DNA from: Lama glama
Taxonomy: Eukaryota
Direction: 5' to 3'
Length of the DNA stretch: 64,000 nucleotides
Assembly: GCA_028534125.1 (NCBI GenBank)
Contig: CM052819.1
Span: 105,896,001-105,960,000 of the forward strand
In this document: positions 33,340 to 46,049 of the stretch, one piece after another
How the letters are laid out: each line of letters opens with the position of its first letter
Numbering within the stretch: position 1 is the first letter of the stretch
Translations under genes and position numbers: made by a program
The notes under the pieces: model-generated
Databases searched by the model: none
What the model was told of the DNA's origin: nothing
What the model saw: the letters and a program-made list of their open reading frames with translations, nothing else

Positions 33340-34345
33340 CACTGACTGGACACTTGCATCCCCCAAATTCACACACTGACGCCCCACCCCAACGTGACAG
33401 TGTTTGGAGCTGGGAACTTCAGGAGGTAATTGGGTTCAGATGGGGTCATGAGGGTGGGGCCCTCACAGTGGGATTTGTGTCCTTACCAGAAGAGGGAGAA
33501 TGGAGGACAGTAAGGAGGTCCCTTAAAAAACTAAAAATAGACTCACCCTGTGATTCAGCCACCCCACTTCTGAGCACACATCCAGGGAAAACTATAACAT
33601 GAACAGACACCTGCACCCCGTGCTCACAGCAGCACTGCACACAGCAGCCAAGACGCGGAGGCAACCTCGGTGTCCACCGACAGGTGACGGGGTAAAGCAG
33701 CTGTGGTATGTTTATGCAGTGGAATACTACTCAGCCATAAAAATGACCAAATAATGCCATTTGCAGCAACGTGGATGGACCTGGAGATGATCACATCAAG
33801 TGAAGTCAGACAGAGGAAGACAAATAGCATACGATATCACTGACATGTGGAATCTAAAAAAAAGACACAGATGAACTTACTGGCAGGTCAGAAACAGTCT
33901 CACAGACACAGAAACCAAACGGGGAGGGGGGAGGGATGGGCAAACTGGGAGCTTGGGATCGGCAGATACACATTACCATTTACGTATAGGTAACAAACAA
34001 GGCCCTACTGTGCCGCACAGGGAACTACATTCAGCATCTGTAATAACCTATAATGGGGAAGAATTGAGACGAAGAAAATACACACGCATGTGTCTGTACG
34101 ACTCAACCGCTTTGCTGTTCGTCTGAAACTAACACTGTACATCAATTACACATCATTGAAAAAGAAAAAAGATGTGGGAGAGGCCAGGCCTTCCTCTCCG
34201 CCCCGCGAAGACCCAGCGAGAAGGGGCGCCTGCAGGCCAGGGGCGCTTCTCACCTGAGTCCGGCCTCGACCCTGGGCTTTCGGGCTCTGGACGCATGAGA
34301 AACACACGTCTGTCGTTTCCTGTGGCACCCGGACACCTGCGGATG
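33340..34345 (+). mobile_element. MaLR LTR (MLT1A-like) split by an L1 insertion; LTR halves at about 33340-33498 and 34171-34345
   Basis: 5' half: CCCCCAAATTCA...GGAGGTAATTGGGTTCAGATGGGGTCATGAGGGTGGGGCCCTC. 3' half: GAAGACCCAGCGAGAAGG...CTGCAGGCCAG...TGAGAAACACACGTCTGTCGTTT. Confidence 0.7.
33499..34170 (+). mobile_element. 5'-truncated LINE-1 (end of ORF2 plus 3'UTR, cetartiodactyl-type)
   Basis: CTTAAAAAACTAAAAATAGA, GGAATACTACTCAGCCATAAAAA, TGCCATTTGCAGCAACGTGGATGGACCTGGAG, TGTGGAATCTAAAAAAA, CACAGGGAACTACATTCA and an A-rich tail. Confidence 0.9.
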
Positions 34346-36021
34346 CCTCCTCTCCAGGTGGCAGACAGAGGCAGCAGGACACCAGGCGGAAGGGGCGGGC
34401 TGTGGGGGAGGACAACCACGGGGGACGACGGGAAACACCTCCACCCGTGCACCCCAGGCTGCGGCCACAGCAGGAGCCCACGGGCCACGGGAAGAGGAGG
34501 CAAGAGCCAGAAAGGTGCCCAGTCCGTCCCTAGGCCTTTGCTGGACGTGCGAGCCTGGGCGTCCGCTTCCCAGCCTGGCCAAGCTCTCAGGACAGAAGGC
34601 AGGTCGCTGGGCTCCTGAGATGAGCGTCTCTTTGGGACCCCCAAAGGGCTACACTACCTAGGTGACCACAGCTCGGACCGCAGGAGTCCAGGAAGGTGGC
34701 CCTCGACCAAGCAGAGCCGGGGACCCCGTCCTGGAGGAGGTGTGAGCACCGTCTGTGCACAACCTCCCCCTGTCGGCTGGCCGATCGGAATCAAACCAGT
34801 CCAAACCAAAACAAAGCAAAACCAGCCAGCCAAATCCGGCAGTGCTGGCAGTCTGAAGAGGGGCCTGACAGGTGCTGTCCCTGCACCTGGAGGAGTGGGG
34901 ATCAGCACCGTGAACAAGACCGGGGAGATGGTCAAGCAGAGGGGGACACAGACACTCGTGCAAACAGTCGTGCTGGCTGGGCCTGAAGGCAGGGTGGGAC
35001 ATCATCGTTACCTCCTGGCCCACCCTGACAGAGGCACCGCAGGCACAGGAAGGTCCTGCCCTGAGCCAGGTCCCAGCCCCTCCAGCCCCGGGAGCAGGCT
35101 GCCCACAGCGGGCCAGTCCTCCTGACTCGCATCCCAGCCTCCCTGGCGGGAGGCGACGACATGGAGGATTGAGCAGTCATAGTTACTGACGTGCGTTCAC
35201 AAAATTTAGAAGGAAACTGTAAAGTTTAAAAAATAAATGTATAGCTGAGCAAAATTTTGGCTGGCAGGCCCTCACCTAGAAGACAGCACGTCCGAGGCGA
35301 GCGCACAGTCCCCAGGGCAGGAAGGGCGCGGTGAGGGGGTGGAGGAGGGGCCTGACCTGTCGTGTGGACACCGCCTTTCCCCAGTCCTTCCAGGCCCCGG
35401 AGACCCCCATCCTTGTCCTGAGCCCTGTGTGTGACCAGCAGGCTGTGAGCGAAGTGACCCGTGTCCCAGAAGAGCCCACGTGTCAGGCGCCTGCAGGTCA
35501 CAAACACAAAAGTACGCAAGGGACGGCACATGCAGTGGGACCCGCCCCCTGCACGCCCAGCACACCCAGGACACGTGCCCTCACCACCACCACCACCCAG
35601 GCCCGGGGCTCAGGCCAGCGTCCTGAGACCTGGGAAGGGTAGGGCCCGCAGCCAGCGTGGCCGCAGAGAGGGGCCTGGGCCCTGGCTTGAAGGGAGGAGG
35701 CGCTGGGTGAGAAGAGGTGCAGGCGAGCTAGCCTGGCCGACACGGACACGGAGCAGCAAAAGGCCCAGTGGTCCCGCCTTCCCTCGAGCCCTGATGGGCG
35801 GTCTCGGAGTCTGAGGGCTGCGCAGACTTGAGCCACTGCTGCCGCACCCCAGGGACGCGGCCCGGATGAGACGCCCTCTAGGTGCAGGTCCCGAGCACAC
35901 GGGACACCGGGCACCTCCTTTCCCTCAAAATGCAGATCGCAAGCTGTTCCTTTAAAGCACCTTCAGTAAGACTTACTTGCATTTTCAAAAGAATGAGATT
36001 TTCAAAACCTTAATTTTAATG

Positions 36022-36140
36022 TTTTGGGGGTTTTTTTGGCAGGGGCAGGTAATTAGGTTTATTTGTTTGGTTTTTCAGGGGAGGCACCGGGGATTGAACC
36101 CAGGACCTTGTGCATGCTAAGCATGTTACACCCTCCCCCC
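36022..36140 (-). mobile_element. tRNA-derived SINE (camelid-type) with the A-box region deleted
   Basis: The reverse complement reads CATGCTTAGCATGCACAAGGTCCTGGGTTCAATCCCCGGTGCCTCC...AAACCTAATTACC. AATGTTT is duplicated on both flanks. Confidence 0.8.
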
Positions 36141-38899
36141 ACCACAATGTTTATTGACATTTTATATTCATTAATTATAACCTGCGTTTTCACTTTTAAT
36201 GCGCACCTTTGAGTACTGTGAAAGGAAACAACTATTTGAAAACAATGAACAATTTTTTGTTGTTCGTTTTTGTATTTCACTTAGTTTATGGAAACGTATT
36301 CAAGGGTTTACACTCTGAATACAACTGTGGCTTTTAGAAATATTTTAGAGCAACACTGTTAGTTGATATTAACGTAATGAAAATCTTGAGTGTAACATGA
36401 CTGGCGACTGAACATGTTGAAACGGGGGTAAGGAACACACGTTTGGGGGGTGAATGTGCAACGTGAGGACGCGCACGTCTGTGCTCCGGGCACGCCTGAC
36501 GTCCCCAGTGCAGACGGCCCAGACCCGCGCGACCACGGCCGAGCGCCAAGCGTGCTCTCCTGCTTTGCCCCACCCGCCACCTCCTCGTCCAGCTACAGGC
36601 AGACTTCACCGTGTCGCCGCGGTCTCTGTACTCTCCGTGTGCAGGCCTGGCGGGGCCCCTCACACGCTGGCTCTGAGCCCTCTGCCCTTCCCGGGGTGGG
36701 GGGTGGGGTTGCCATGGAGGGAGGGAGCCCACAGCTGAGGGGTTCCGGGGAGCAGAGCCCTGCAGCCCCTGCACTGGGACTGAGACGAGCAGGCCTGCCC
36801 CAGCCTGGTATGCGGTCCCTGCCTCGTTCGCCGGGCCTGTCCTGGCTCGCGGAGCACGTCCGCTGGGGACCCCGCGGCCACACGCAGAGTGAGCAGTCAC
36901 CTAGGCCAGACCCTGAGACCCTGCTGGGTCCCGCGCCAGGGGCCGCCCCTCCCTGGAGTGCTGGGCAGACCCCGGGGGCTGGCTGGGGTGTGACGTTGCA
37001 CCCAGTGACCCCCTTTGCCACCTGCAAGACGGCAGCAGGCGTGGGGAGGGGTCCGAGGCCCCCTGCTGAGGCTGCAGGGCCCGCTCTCCGCCGGGGGCAG
37101 CTGCCTCTCCCGCGGCCACGTCCACCTGGAGCCAGGCATGTGCAGGCTGGCAAATCACAGGTGATTCATGTGGCTAATTTATTTATGACAATCAGGCTAA
37201 ATTTAGGTTAATTACTTTTTAATCATTCTCTCGAGGGTACATGAAAATACTTGAAGCCAGTCCACGAGGCGGAGCGCTGCCGGGGACGGAGTGCTATCTG
37301 ATGGATGGGGTGCCAGTCGACGGGGACCGGGGCGGGGGCCAGGCCTCTGCGCTGCTCTGGGAGGGGCTGGGGGCCCTGGCGGGGATCCAGGCACTCAGAT
37401 GTGAAGGTGTGCCCCAGGGCACTTGTCTGCTTGCCCAGCCCCGCGCCCCTCCCTGGATACACCTGGACATGGAGACCTGGGTCCCTGCAGTGAGCTCCCA
37501 CCCCAGCTCCTCCGTCTTGGCCCCCCATCCCACCCACGCTCTCCCACTCAGCTTCACTCTGGAATTGTCTGACTCCCTCAGCTGACTGGAGGTGCTGGGC
37601 CTGCCTTCCTGAGCAGAGGAGGGGTGGGGGGACACAGCCAGCCAGGGGGCACAGGCTCTTCCCAGGCACCAGCTCAGGGCCCCAGATGCCGAGGTGCCCA
37701 CTGCCCCACAAGCCGCCGCCCCCCACTCACCACGTCGTCAGTGTGGCAGGAAGCCCTGCCCTGCTCCCACGGGCCCCCGCCTCCAGGGGCTTGTCCCACA
37801 GACAGCGGACACCTTCCTCCTGCAGAGACTGCTGACCACAAGCGCACAGTGCCGTGGCCCAGGCACAGTGCCCAGCGGCCTTGCGTGTCGGGGGTTCTGG
37901 TTCCTGCTGCTTCAGGCTTGGGATGCACCTGACACCAGGGTCCATGTGAGGCCCCAAAACAGAGTGTGGGTTCATACATAGGATGGTCAGGCTAAAGCCA
38001 AAAAATAAATATGAAATACACTTTAAAAGTAATCTCCAGAAGGGTGAAGAACTGGCATCAAATAAGCCTGCGTTTATTCCCCTGTCCCCTCCACGACACA
38101 AGCTGTCAGGGCGGGGCTGGAGGAGGAACACCCCTGTCCAACACCCTCCCCCTGCCCCCGCCCGGCGCCAGCCAACGCATCGCCTGAAACACGGATGGGG
38201 ATGCACGTGCAGGGGTGGGTGACACTTCACCAACATTCTCATTTTATGTTTTTCAAATCATACAAGTATCACACGTCGGCCGTAACAAGGGGACAGACCA
38301 AAGTTGGTGACGGTCTCAGTCCCACCAGGGCTGTGATGGCAGCTGGTCCTGGGCCAGGGCTTGTGGCCGAAACCCCCAGCACGCCTGATGGACAACAGGC
38401 ACTGTCTCCAGGCAGCAGGCGAGGCCTGGCTGAGACTGTGACCCCAGAGAAAGTGACACGAGGCTGGGGACCCTCCCGGGGCAGGGTGGCTCCCACGTGG
38501 CACAGAGCTGGACCGGCAGGGGTGTGCAGGTGGGGCACCAGGACGGGGGCGGCACCAGAATCCGTGGCCCCCAAGCCCTTGGCTGAGGACTATCGGCACC
38601 CGCCAGTGAGCGTGTGGGGACGGCCAGAGAAGCTGGTCTGGGGTGGGCGTAGGCAGAGGCAGGGCGGTCCAGGGAGCTGGCAGGGCATGTGGAGATCCCA
38701 CCTCAGCCCCTCGCTTGTCCCCTGGCACCCAGAAAGGCCATGCCTCGCCCTAAGGGAGACATCCGTAAGTCAGGTCCACGCCAGACCTCCCCCAGCCTCT
38801 GGCAAAGACCAAAGTAAGCCCTGGCAGGAGCTGGGGGCGGTCTGGGTGTGGGGTCCGGTGAGTCACGGGAGCTTGGGAACCCCTGACGCGCCTCAATCG

Positions 38900-41800
38900 G
38901 ACCCAACGCAGCACAAAACCAAACTCACACCGATTCAAGGACCAACTGGATCAAGAAGCAACACTCTTCAGGGAAGAGCCCAGAGTCTGGGACATCTCAG
39001 CGGCAAAGCTCCACCAATGACGAAAAACCCCCGATGAGAGAAGAAGGGAGAGGCAGGCGATGGCAGCCGGGAGGTGGTCCTGGGGCTGGAGCCGCGAGAT
39101 GCGAGCGGTGTGTGAGCAGGTTCGAGGGACAAAGGGAACACACGGTGAAGATGCGGCACCTCGCAGGTCAGCAGGGTGCTTAAGCGAGTCAGCTGCACTC
39201 CTCGGTTCTGGAACAGCCAAAACGCGTGATTCCCTGGCCGGCTCGGCCAGAAAACCGACCGATAGAACCAAACTGAGGAAGAGAGGAAACAAGACTGAAG
39301 AGAAACGGACAGACTACGGGACCCGAGGACAGTCTCGGGGGTCCTGACCCCACGTGGCCGGGTCCTGGGAGGAGGGAAGAGCGAGGGTGGGTTTTACGGC
39401 GGAAGCGGCAGCCCCAGGCAGCCGCGCGAGGTCACTGCACAGAAAGCGTGGATGCGTGCTGCGGCCAGGAACTTTGAGGGCACCGCTGTCAGCTGCAGCT
39501 GTCACCAAAACCCAAAACCAGGGGTGTCCTGACGAGTGGACGGAGAGAAACGAGGTGGGGGTGTGCAGCAGGCAGGCCACCTCTGCCCCCGATTACAGCG
39601 CCGCCGTCTGCATGGGGCCCAGGAGGCCGGAGGGCCCGCGGAGGGACCACAGAAGGCCACTTTGAGTGAGAGCCCTCACCCGGGCGGTGGGAGCCGTGTC
39701 CTCCCGTCTCTGGCCTGGACTGAGGGCAGCTGGACCAGGGACCTCGCAGCAAGCGTGGACAGCCAAGTCCCAGGAGAAACCTGTTTCTAGAACTGGACAG
39801 GCAGAGGTGTGCCGAATGCCAAGGGATAGAGGACCCTCTCCTTTCTCCTGGCCCTGCCCAAGGCCGGCCTGTAACCAGCACCCCCTCTACAGTCACAGCT
39901 GGGCAGGTGCCCCAAACCCCAAGAGAGGCCAAAGGAACCAGGAGAAAAGGCCGCTGCACCCACAGCTTGCGAGGGCACGGGCCCCAGCTGTGCTGGTCCG
40001 CGCGGAGCACAGAGGCTGCCCGGCTGAGAGCTCCAGACCCGGCCGGGAAGCGGGCCGGGGAAGGGGGCCGGGGCCAGGGCCACAGGTCAGGGGGAGTGGC
40101 AGGGAGAGCCCTGGAGGGGGCACCCCGATTCCCTGTGCCAACCACCACACAGAAGCAAGAAAAGCTTAAAGACCTAAACCATGATGCAAACCACCCCAGC
40201 CCCACTCTGACCCGGTCCGGGCCACACAAACCCAGACACGGCGGCGAAGGCTCCGAGGACAGAGAAGGCAAGACAGAGCTTCAGTCCGAACCTGCAGGGC
40301 GGAGTCCCTGCCTTTGAAAAAAATTTCCCGAGAAACTGAGCAGAACCAGAGTCTGAAAACACGACACTCAAAATAATCACATACATAGCAGTCAAGCAAA
40401 GGTTCTTCAGCAGGAAGCGCAGGTACAACTCTGCAGCCCCAGGGGCAAGCCCGGGAGCAGACGCCGGCCCGAGCACGAGCGGTTCCGAGGCCCCGCCCTC
40501 CCTGAGCGGGGCGTGCGCACCTGCAGCGCCACGGCGCACAGCTCTCAGCAGGGGAACCGAGACGTCGACAAGACCTAGAGCCAAAACAACACAGCACAGG
40601 AGGTGGGTCTTCCTGCAAAAGCCCGCAGCAGAACGAAGGTGGCAGAAGATTCAGGGCACGTGAGGTGGAGCCGCAGAAACGACTCCCGGAGAACAGAGAG
40701 AGGACAGGAGGTTCTGACGGGCCGGGGCATCGCAGGGCCCGACCCCGGGTCCCAGGCGTCCCAGGGGGAGAGGGAAGACAGTGCCAAGGAACGGTGGCTG
40801 CCAGCTTCTCGAATGTGGCAGACACACGAATTTACACACTCGCAAAGCTCCATGACACCCAGACAGGACAGACTCGGGGAGGCCAGGGCCGGAGATGGCC
40901 CAGCGTGAAACCAGAGACCGAGGGGGCCGGAGAGGGGCACAGCTTCAGGGGCGCCAACTCCAGTCACGGCGGGGACGCGAGGCCCCCGGACAGTGGACGA
41001 CGCCCCTAGTCTGGACCCTACAGCGTGGAGGGTCTCCAGTGACACAGGGGCAGGTCAAGCCTGGGGACGCGGTGCCCACAGGGAGTTCTTGACACAGAAA
41101 GTGACACCCGAGGGGACAGGGCCTCAGAGGCAGATGACGACACAGGAAGAACGAACATCCAGCAAGCGTAACGTGCTGGCTTTCTCCTTCAGCTTCTTTC
41201 AAATAACCACCGGAGGCCAGAACTTGAACATCGTCCGGGTGACCCGCATGTGCACGTGTAGCACGGATGACAAACACGACGGGGGGCCTCATGACCGGAA
41301 GGGCTCTGGGCTTCACCTGCAGTGGTGCAGCATTAACACGGACTGCGCACAAGCGGAAGTCTGCTGTGGTCCCCAGAGCAAGCACTGAAAGATGGACACC
41401 AACAAGCACCTGAGAAGCCAACAAGCTGGGTCGGCCGACACCGACCACTGCAAACAGCCCGGCCGACAGCCAGGCCCTCCGCACAGCGCAGGGCTGCGCC
41501 CGGGGCCTCGCGGTGACCTGCGGAGAGGAGGGTACGTGTGTGTGTGTGTCTGTGTGTGCAACCAAGTCAGTGTGCTGTGCACCGGGCACGAACACAACGC
41601 TGTAAACGGACTACACTTCGATTTAAAAGTTTTAAAAACCCCAACAGACTAAAGGGAATACTAAAAAATACTCAAGTAATCTAGAAAAGGACAGGAAACT
41701 AGGAGGAAAGACTCAAACCCGAGGGGCAAACGGAAGTCAAATGCTGCAGACGAAATCCAAGCACCGCAGGGATCTTCACTGAACATAAATACACTCATTA

Positions 41801-42000
41801 AAAGCGAGATCGTCAGACCAGATAAAAAATAATAAAAACACAGCAACGAGACCCAAACACATTCTCTCTGCAAGAAATCCACTTTAAACGTAATGCTTTA
41901 TTTAGCTGGTTTAAATGTTAAAAAAAAATCTCAAAGAAAGCAGGAGGCCCAGGTGGCTTAACGGGGAAGTTCCACCAAACTTTCAAGAACAGGGGATCCC
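38900..42000 (+). mobile_element. Patchwork of highly diverged, GC-shifted LINE-1 fragments (ORF1, inter-ORF, endonuclease start)
   Basis: L1-like phrases include CCAGCTTCTCGAATGTGGCAGACACACGAATTTACACACTCGCAAAGCTC and ACATAAATACACTCATTAAAAGCGAGATCGTCAGAC...CTCTCTGCAAGAAATCCACTTTAAA. Boundaries are approximate. Confidence 0.5.
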
Positions 42001-45000
42001 GTAAGAAAGAAAGATGGAGAGTCCGAGCCATCCTCGAGGCCGGCCTGACGCAGCGAGCGAGACGCAGACGGGAGCCGCGCCCCACCCGCTGCGAGCGCGG
42101 GCGGCACAAGCGAGGGGTTTACCCCCAAGCACAGGAAGGCTGGGATCACAGAGTCTGGAGACACAACTCACGTTAGCGGACCAGCAGGGAAGCTGTGCTC
42201 GTGGCGCGGGCAGGTGCGGGCGGGTGGGGCGGCATCCTCGCCCCACGGCATCCCAAACTCGGGGAGGGTGTGGGTGGGAGGCAGGGCGCAGGCTCTCCGT
42301 CTGTCCTGTCCGTCCTCGGGCGCTGGGAGCCCTGGGGCCACAGCACTCAGCTCGTGCTGTAAAGGGTGAATGATCTGGGGCAACCTTCACTTCCCTGCAG
42401 CGACGGGCAGCCCCCTCCACGTGTCCCCTCAGCCCTGGGCAGCAGCGTCACCAATCCCGTGGCACCTCATTTGCCCACCCTGATTCCACGTCCACAGCGG
42501 TCGGTGCTGATGTGACGGGACAGCCCAGGCCGGGGACAGGAGGGGAGACAGAGACAGGTGGGAGCTTGGGCCAGGTGTGGGACTCACCTCCACGCTCCGC
42601 CTTCACTGGGCGCTGGTGGGCAGGGGCCCCTCCCTCCCCTGCGGCCGGTCACTCCCTGTGGGTACCCACCACGGCTCTGGCTCAGCCAGCCCAGGACATC
42701 CTCCCTCCCTTGTCCCTGCAGCCCAGACCTCGCTGGTCCCTGTAAGCCTGCCAGACTCCCAGGCAGTGCCCAGGGGCTGCAGCGGTGGGGAGCGAAGGCT
42801 GACTCCATCCTGCCCTGTGTGGCTGGGCCTCAGATGCCCTCCTCCTCGCTGGCGAGTTGGGGGTCCAGTGCGCGGGCTGGTGCTCACCCTTGACCCGCTC
42901 ACCCCTGAAGTCTGCAGGGGCTTCTCACCCCCGAGGAGCCACGTATGTGCACAGGTGAGCGTGGGGCATGGCAGGAGGCGGGGGCCGTGCCGGGTGAGGT
43001 GGCGCCCGAGGTCTGGCACCTGGGGCCTCGCTGCCGCCTCGTCCCCTCGAGTAGCTGCTCCTCGGGTGGGAATTGGTCCAGGAGGGAGAACCCCGTGAGA
43101 TTCCCCGAGTCGGCTTTGACCCGAAGCTGCGTGTTTCATGTGGTTCCAACTCATTTAGCGCATTATCCAGGATTTCAAAGAGCCACTAGCAAGACAATCC
43201 CTCGGTCTCTCGTTTCCATCTGAGCCAGCTCCAACGTCAGGTCCTCTGCCAGGGAGGTAAACCCACACGCGCAGGCACACGCTCACGCGCCACTTGAAAG
43301 GAACCTGGCACCACCGTCCCCTGGAGACAAGCTGAGTCGCAGGGATCCGTCACTTGCTCACACACGGCCCAGCCCAGGCAGCTGGCTCGGACCACCTATG
43401 ACCTGGTCCAGCCGCCCCCAGGACCCCACCCACCTACTGGGTCCGTGGCCTCCATCCACAGGCCGTTGCGCCCCTCACTGTGCTGCTGGGCAGCAGGTCC
43501 CGCCCAGAGACCCTGCGCCCGCCACTGTGTGATGGCAGCGAGCAGGCTGCAGGCCCTGCCATCCCCTCCCACTTCCCATGAGACCCCACCTGTGCTCCCC
43601 TGGCGCCGCCCCAAGGCTGGACACCAGGCCCGTCACCCTGAGAACACAGCCTCCCTCATCTCCACTCCTGAAAGACAGTGACCACCACCAAGACTCCTTG
43701 GGACTCCAAGGAGGAAGAGGTCCACGCAGGACCTCGGCTCCCGCTGCGGAGGCATTTCCGGGCCGTGTAGGATTCCTGAGGACAGCACCCGAGGCAGGTG
43801 GGAGGGGGCGCAGGGCTGCCCGGCCGGGGACAACACCCCTCTGGCTCCACGGGTCACAGCCCAGACCCACCTGCAGTGTCACACCGTGGACACGCCCCGC
43901 TCCAGGACCACTCAGTCCTGAGCTCTGCACCACTTACACATCAGCTCCCTCACTCAGAGATACAGCAAGTCTAGCCAAAATATAAAAGGTGAGGCCAAGA
44001 TTGCCCCACGTGGCGTGGCCTGAGGGCAGCAGCGCCGCGTCTGCCGGGCACACTCTCCTCCTGGACGCTGCGGCACCCTCCCAAGGCCGCATCACCCCTT
44101 GTTCAGCTGAGGAACAGGGGGTGGCGGAGGCGTGACTGGTTCACCTGGCTGGTGAGGGCAGCTGGGGAGGAGACTCGGGGCCTGAAGAGTGGGGCAGCCA
44201 GGCAGGGGACACAGCCAGGCGGGGGGCAGGGCACGCCTCCCAAGGCCAGTGGGCAGAGACCGCTGTGCGGGAGGGCAGGCGCTGGCGGAGAGGAACCCTC
44301 AGCAGGTGCCCGAGGATCCTGGGGCTCAGGGGTGACAGGGTGGCTGGCCTGGCAGACGGGCTTGAGGGCACCTCTGCTGACTCAGGGTGTGACTGGGCCA
44401 GGCTGGCGTCCTCCAGAACCGGGCTTTGCTCAGAGCGGGAGGTGGTGGGCCCGGGGCAAGTCCACACCCTGGACACAGGTCCAGATGCCACAGGGGCCTG
44501 GGCTCAGGGACTCTGGGTCAGAGGTGGGGAAGGCTGGTGCTGTCTGCCTCTTCAAGGACTGAACCACTGCTTTGTCCCCTCTACAAAGCCCAGTTCTGGG
44601 GGGGAGGGGCAGACGGGGGGGCCTCCCTCATGTACTCCACCCAGGCACCCTGGCTGACACAGGGGACGGACGCATCGGACAAGCGCTCGTCCCACACACA
44701 GACAACAGGGGCCGAAGGGCCGAGGGCCCTGCGAGCTCCGCGTTTCCGGTCGTGCAGGGCCAGAGCCTGGAGGGGCACAGTGGGGCCCCCACACCCAGGA
44801 GACAAAGCCCCGGAACTTCCCTCTCTGTCCCTGGGATCAGACTGGCAAACAGGAAAACAGGGTGGACGCTGACCCAAGCCTCCCAAATCTCCCACAAAAC
44901 CAGCACCACAGAAAAGGGGCCCCAAATGAAGACTGAAACACTCAGGAAGGGACAGAGCGAACAAGCGTTCTGAAATAAATGTAATTAAAATCCCCAAAGG

Positions 45001-46049
45001 GGAGCAGTTCAGGACACCTACGGAGGGAAGCGCACAGCCGGCCTGGGACGCCACCCTCGGGCGTCTGGGAACGTGCACGTGGAGTGACGCGGGGCCTCCC
45101 GGGCCTGGCCCGTCTGCACACACAGTATGGACAGCCCTGCTCCCTCTGGGAGTCTGGAACTTGGGGGTGGGCCAGGCGGAGGGCGCCCACGTGACCAGCC
45201 CCAGGAAAGCCCTGGGCACTGATCTCCCACGAGCTCCCTGCTGGCGGGTCAGTGCTTCCTTTGTGACTCCCTGGGGTGGGGGGTGGGGCTCAGGAAGCCT
45301 GTGCCCCGTGTCCCCTGGCTTCTCCCCACGCGACCCTCCCTGTGCTGCCTCAGCCCCTGGGCCTTTCTCTGCAACAAACCACAGCTGTGAGGCCTCCTAG
45401 CGAGTCGCTGAACCTGGAGGTGGGACCGGGAACCCCGCCTCCCACCGCCCCAGACCCCAGACATTAACAAGCACGGCTGAAACCCCTCAACGGCAAGGCA
45501 CGACGAGTGCTGCTGGCAGAGGGGCCGAGGTCCTGGCCCCGACCCCGGGTGGGCGGCGGGCAAGGGCCCAGAGGAGCGGGGCCGCCTGGGCACCGGGCTC
45601 GGGACGTCACGGGGCCGACACGAGAAGCCACGATGACCATCACCGCAGCAGCAACGGCGGATCGGGGACTCGGCCTCCGTGCTCCCATCCAGTGACCGGC
45701 CCAGACCAGGGCGGGTCGGCAGCCGAGGCAAGAACCACCTCTGAAACAGAAGCGTGGTCTCAGCGCCCCCTGCCTTCTCCCCGCAGGACGGCGTCAGCTG
45801 CCCACACCCAGGCTGAAGGGAGCGCGGAGTTCTGGCCCGAGGTCGGTGGAGACGTCCATCCTACCCGGGTGCTGCTGGGAAACCGGGAAGGCAAGGTTGC
45901 GGGGGGGGGGGGGGGCGGGGAACGAGGCGGAGTCCCAGGCCGAGCTGCCACCTCGGGAAGGCAAGTCTGCTGCGGAGCCTCAGGCCTGCCCCACGGCCAC
46001 CTGGTTCCCACGTGATTGTATTAAAATGCGGCGAAGAAAAACACTGTGC

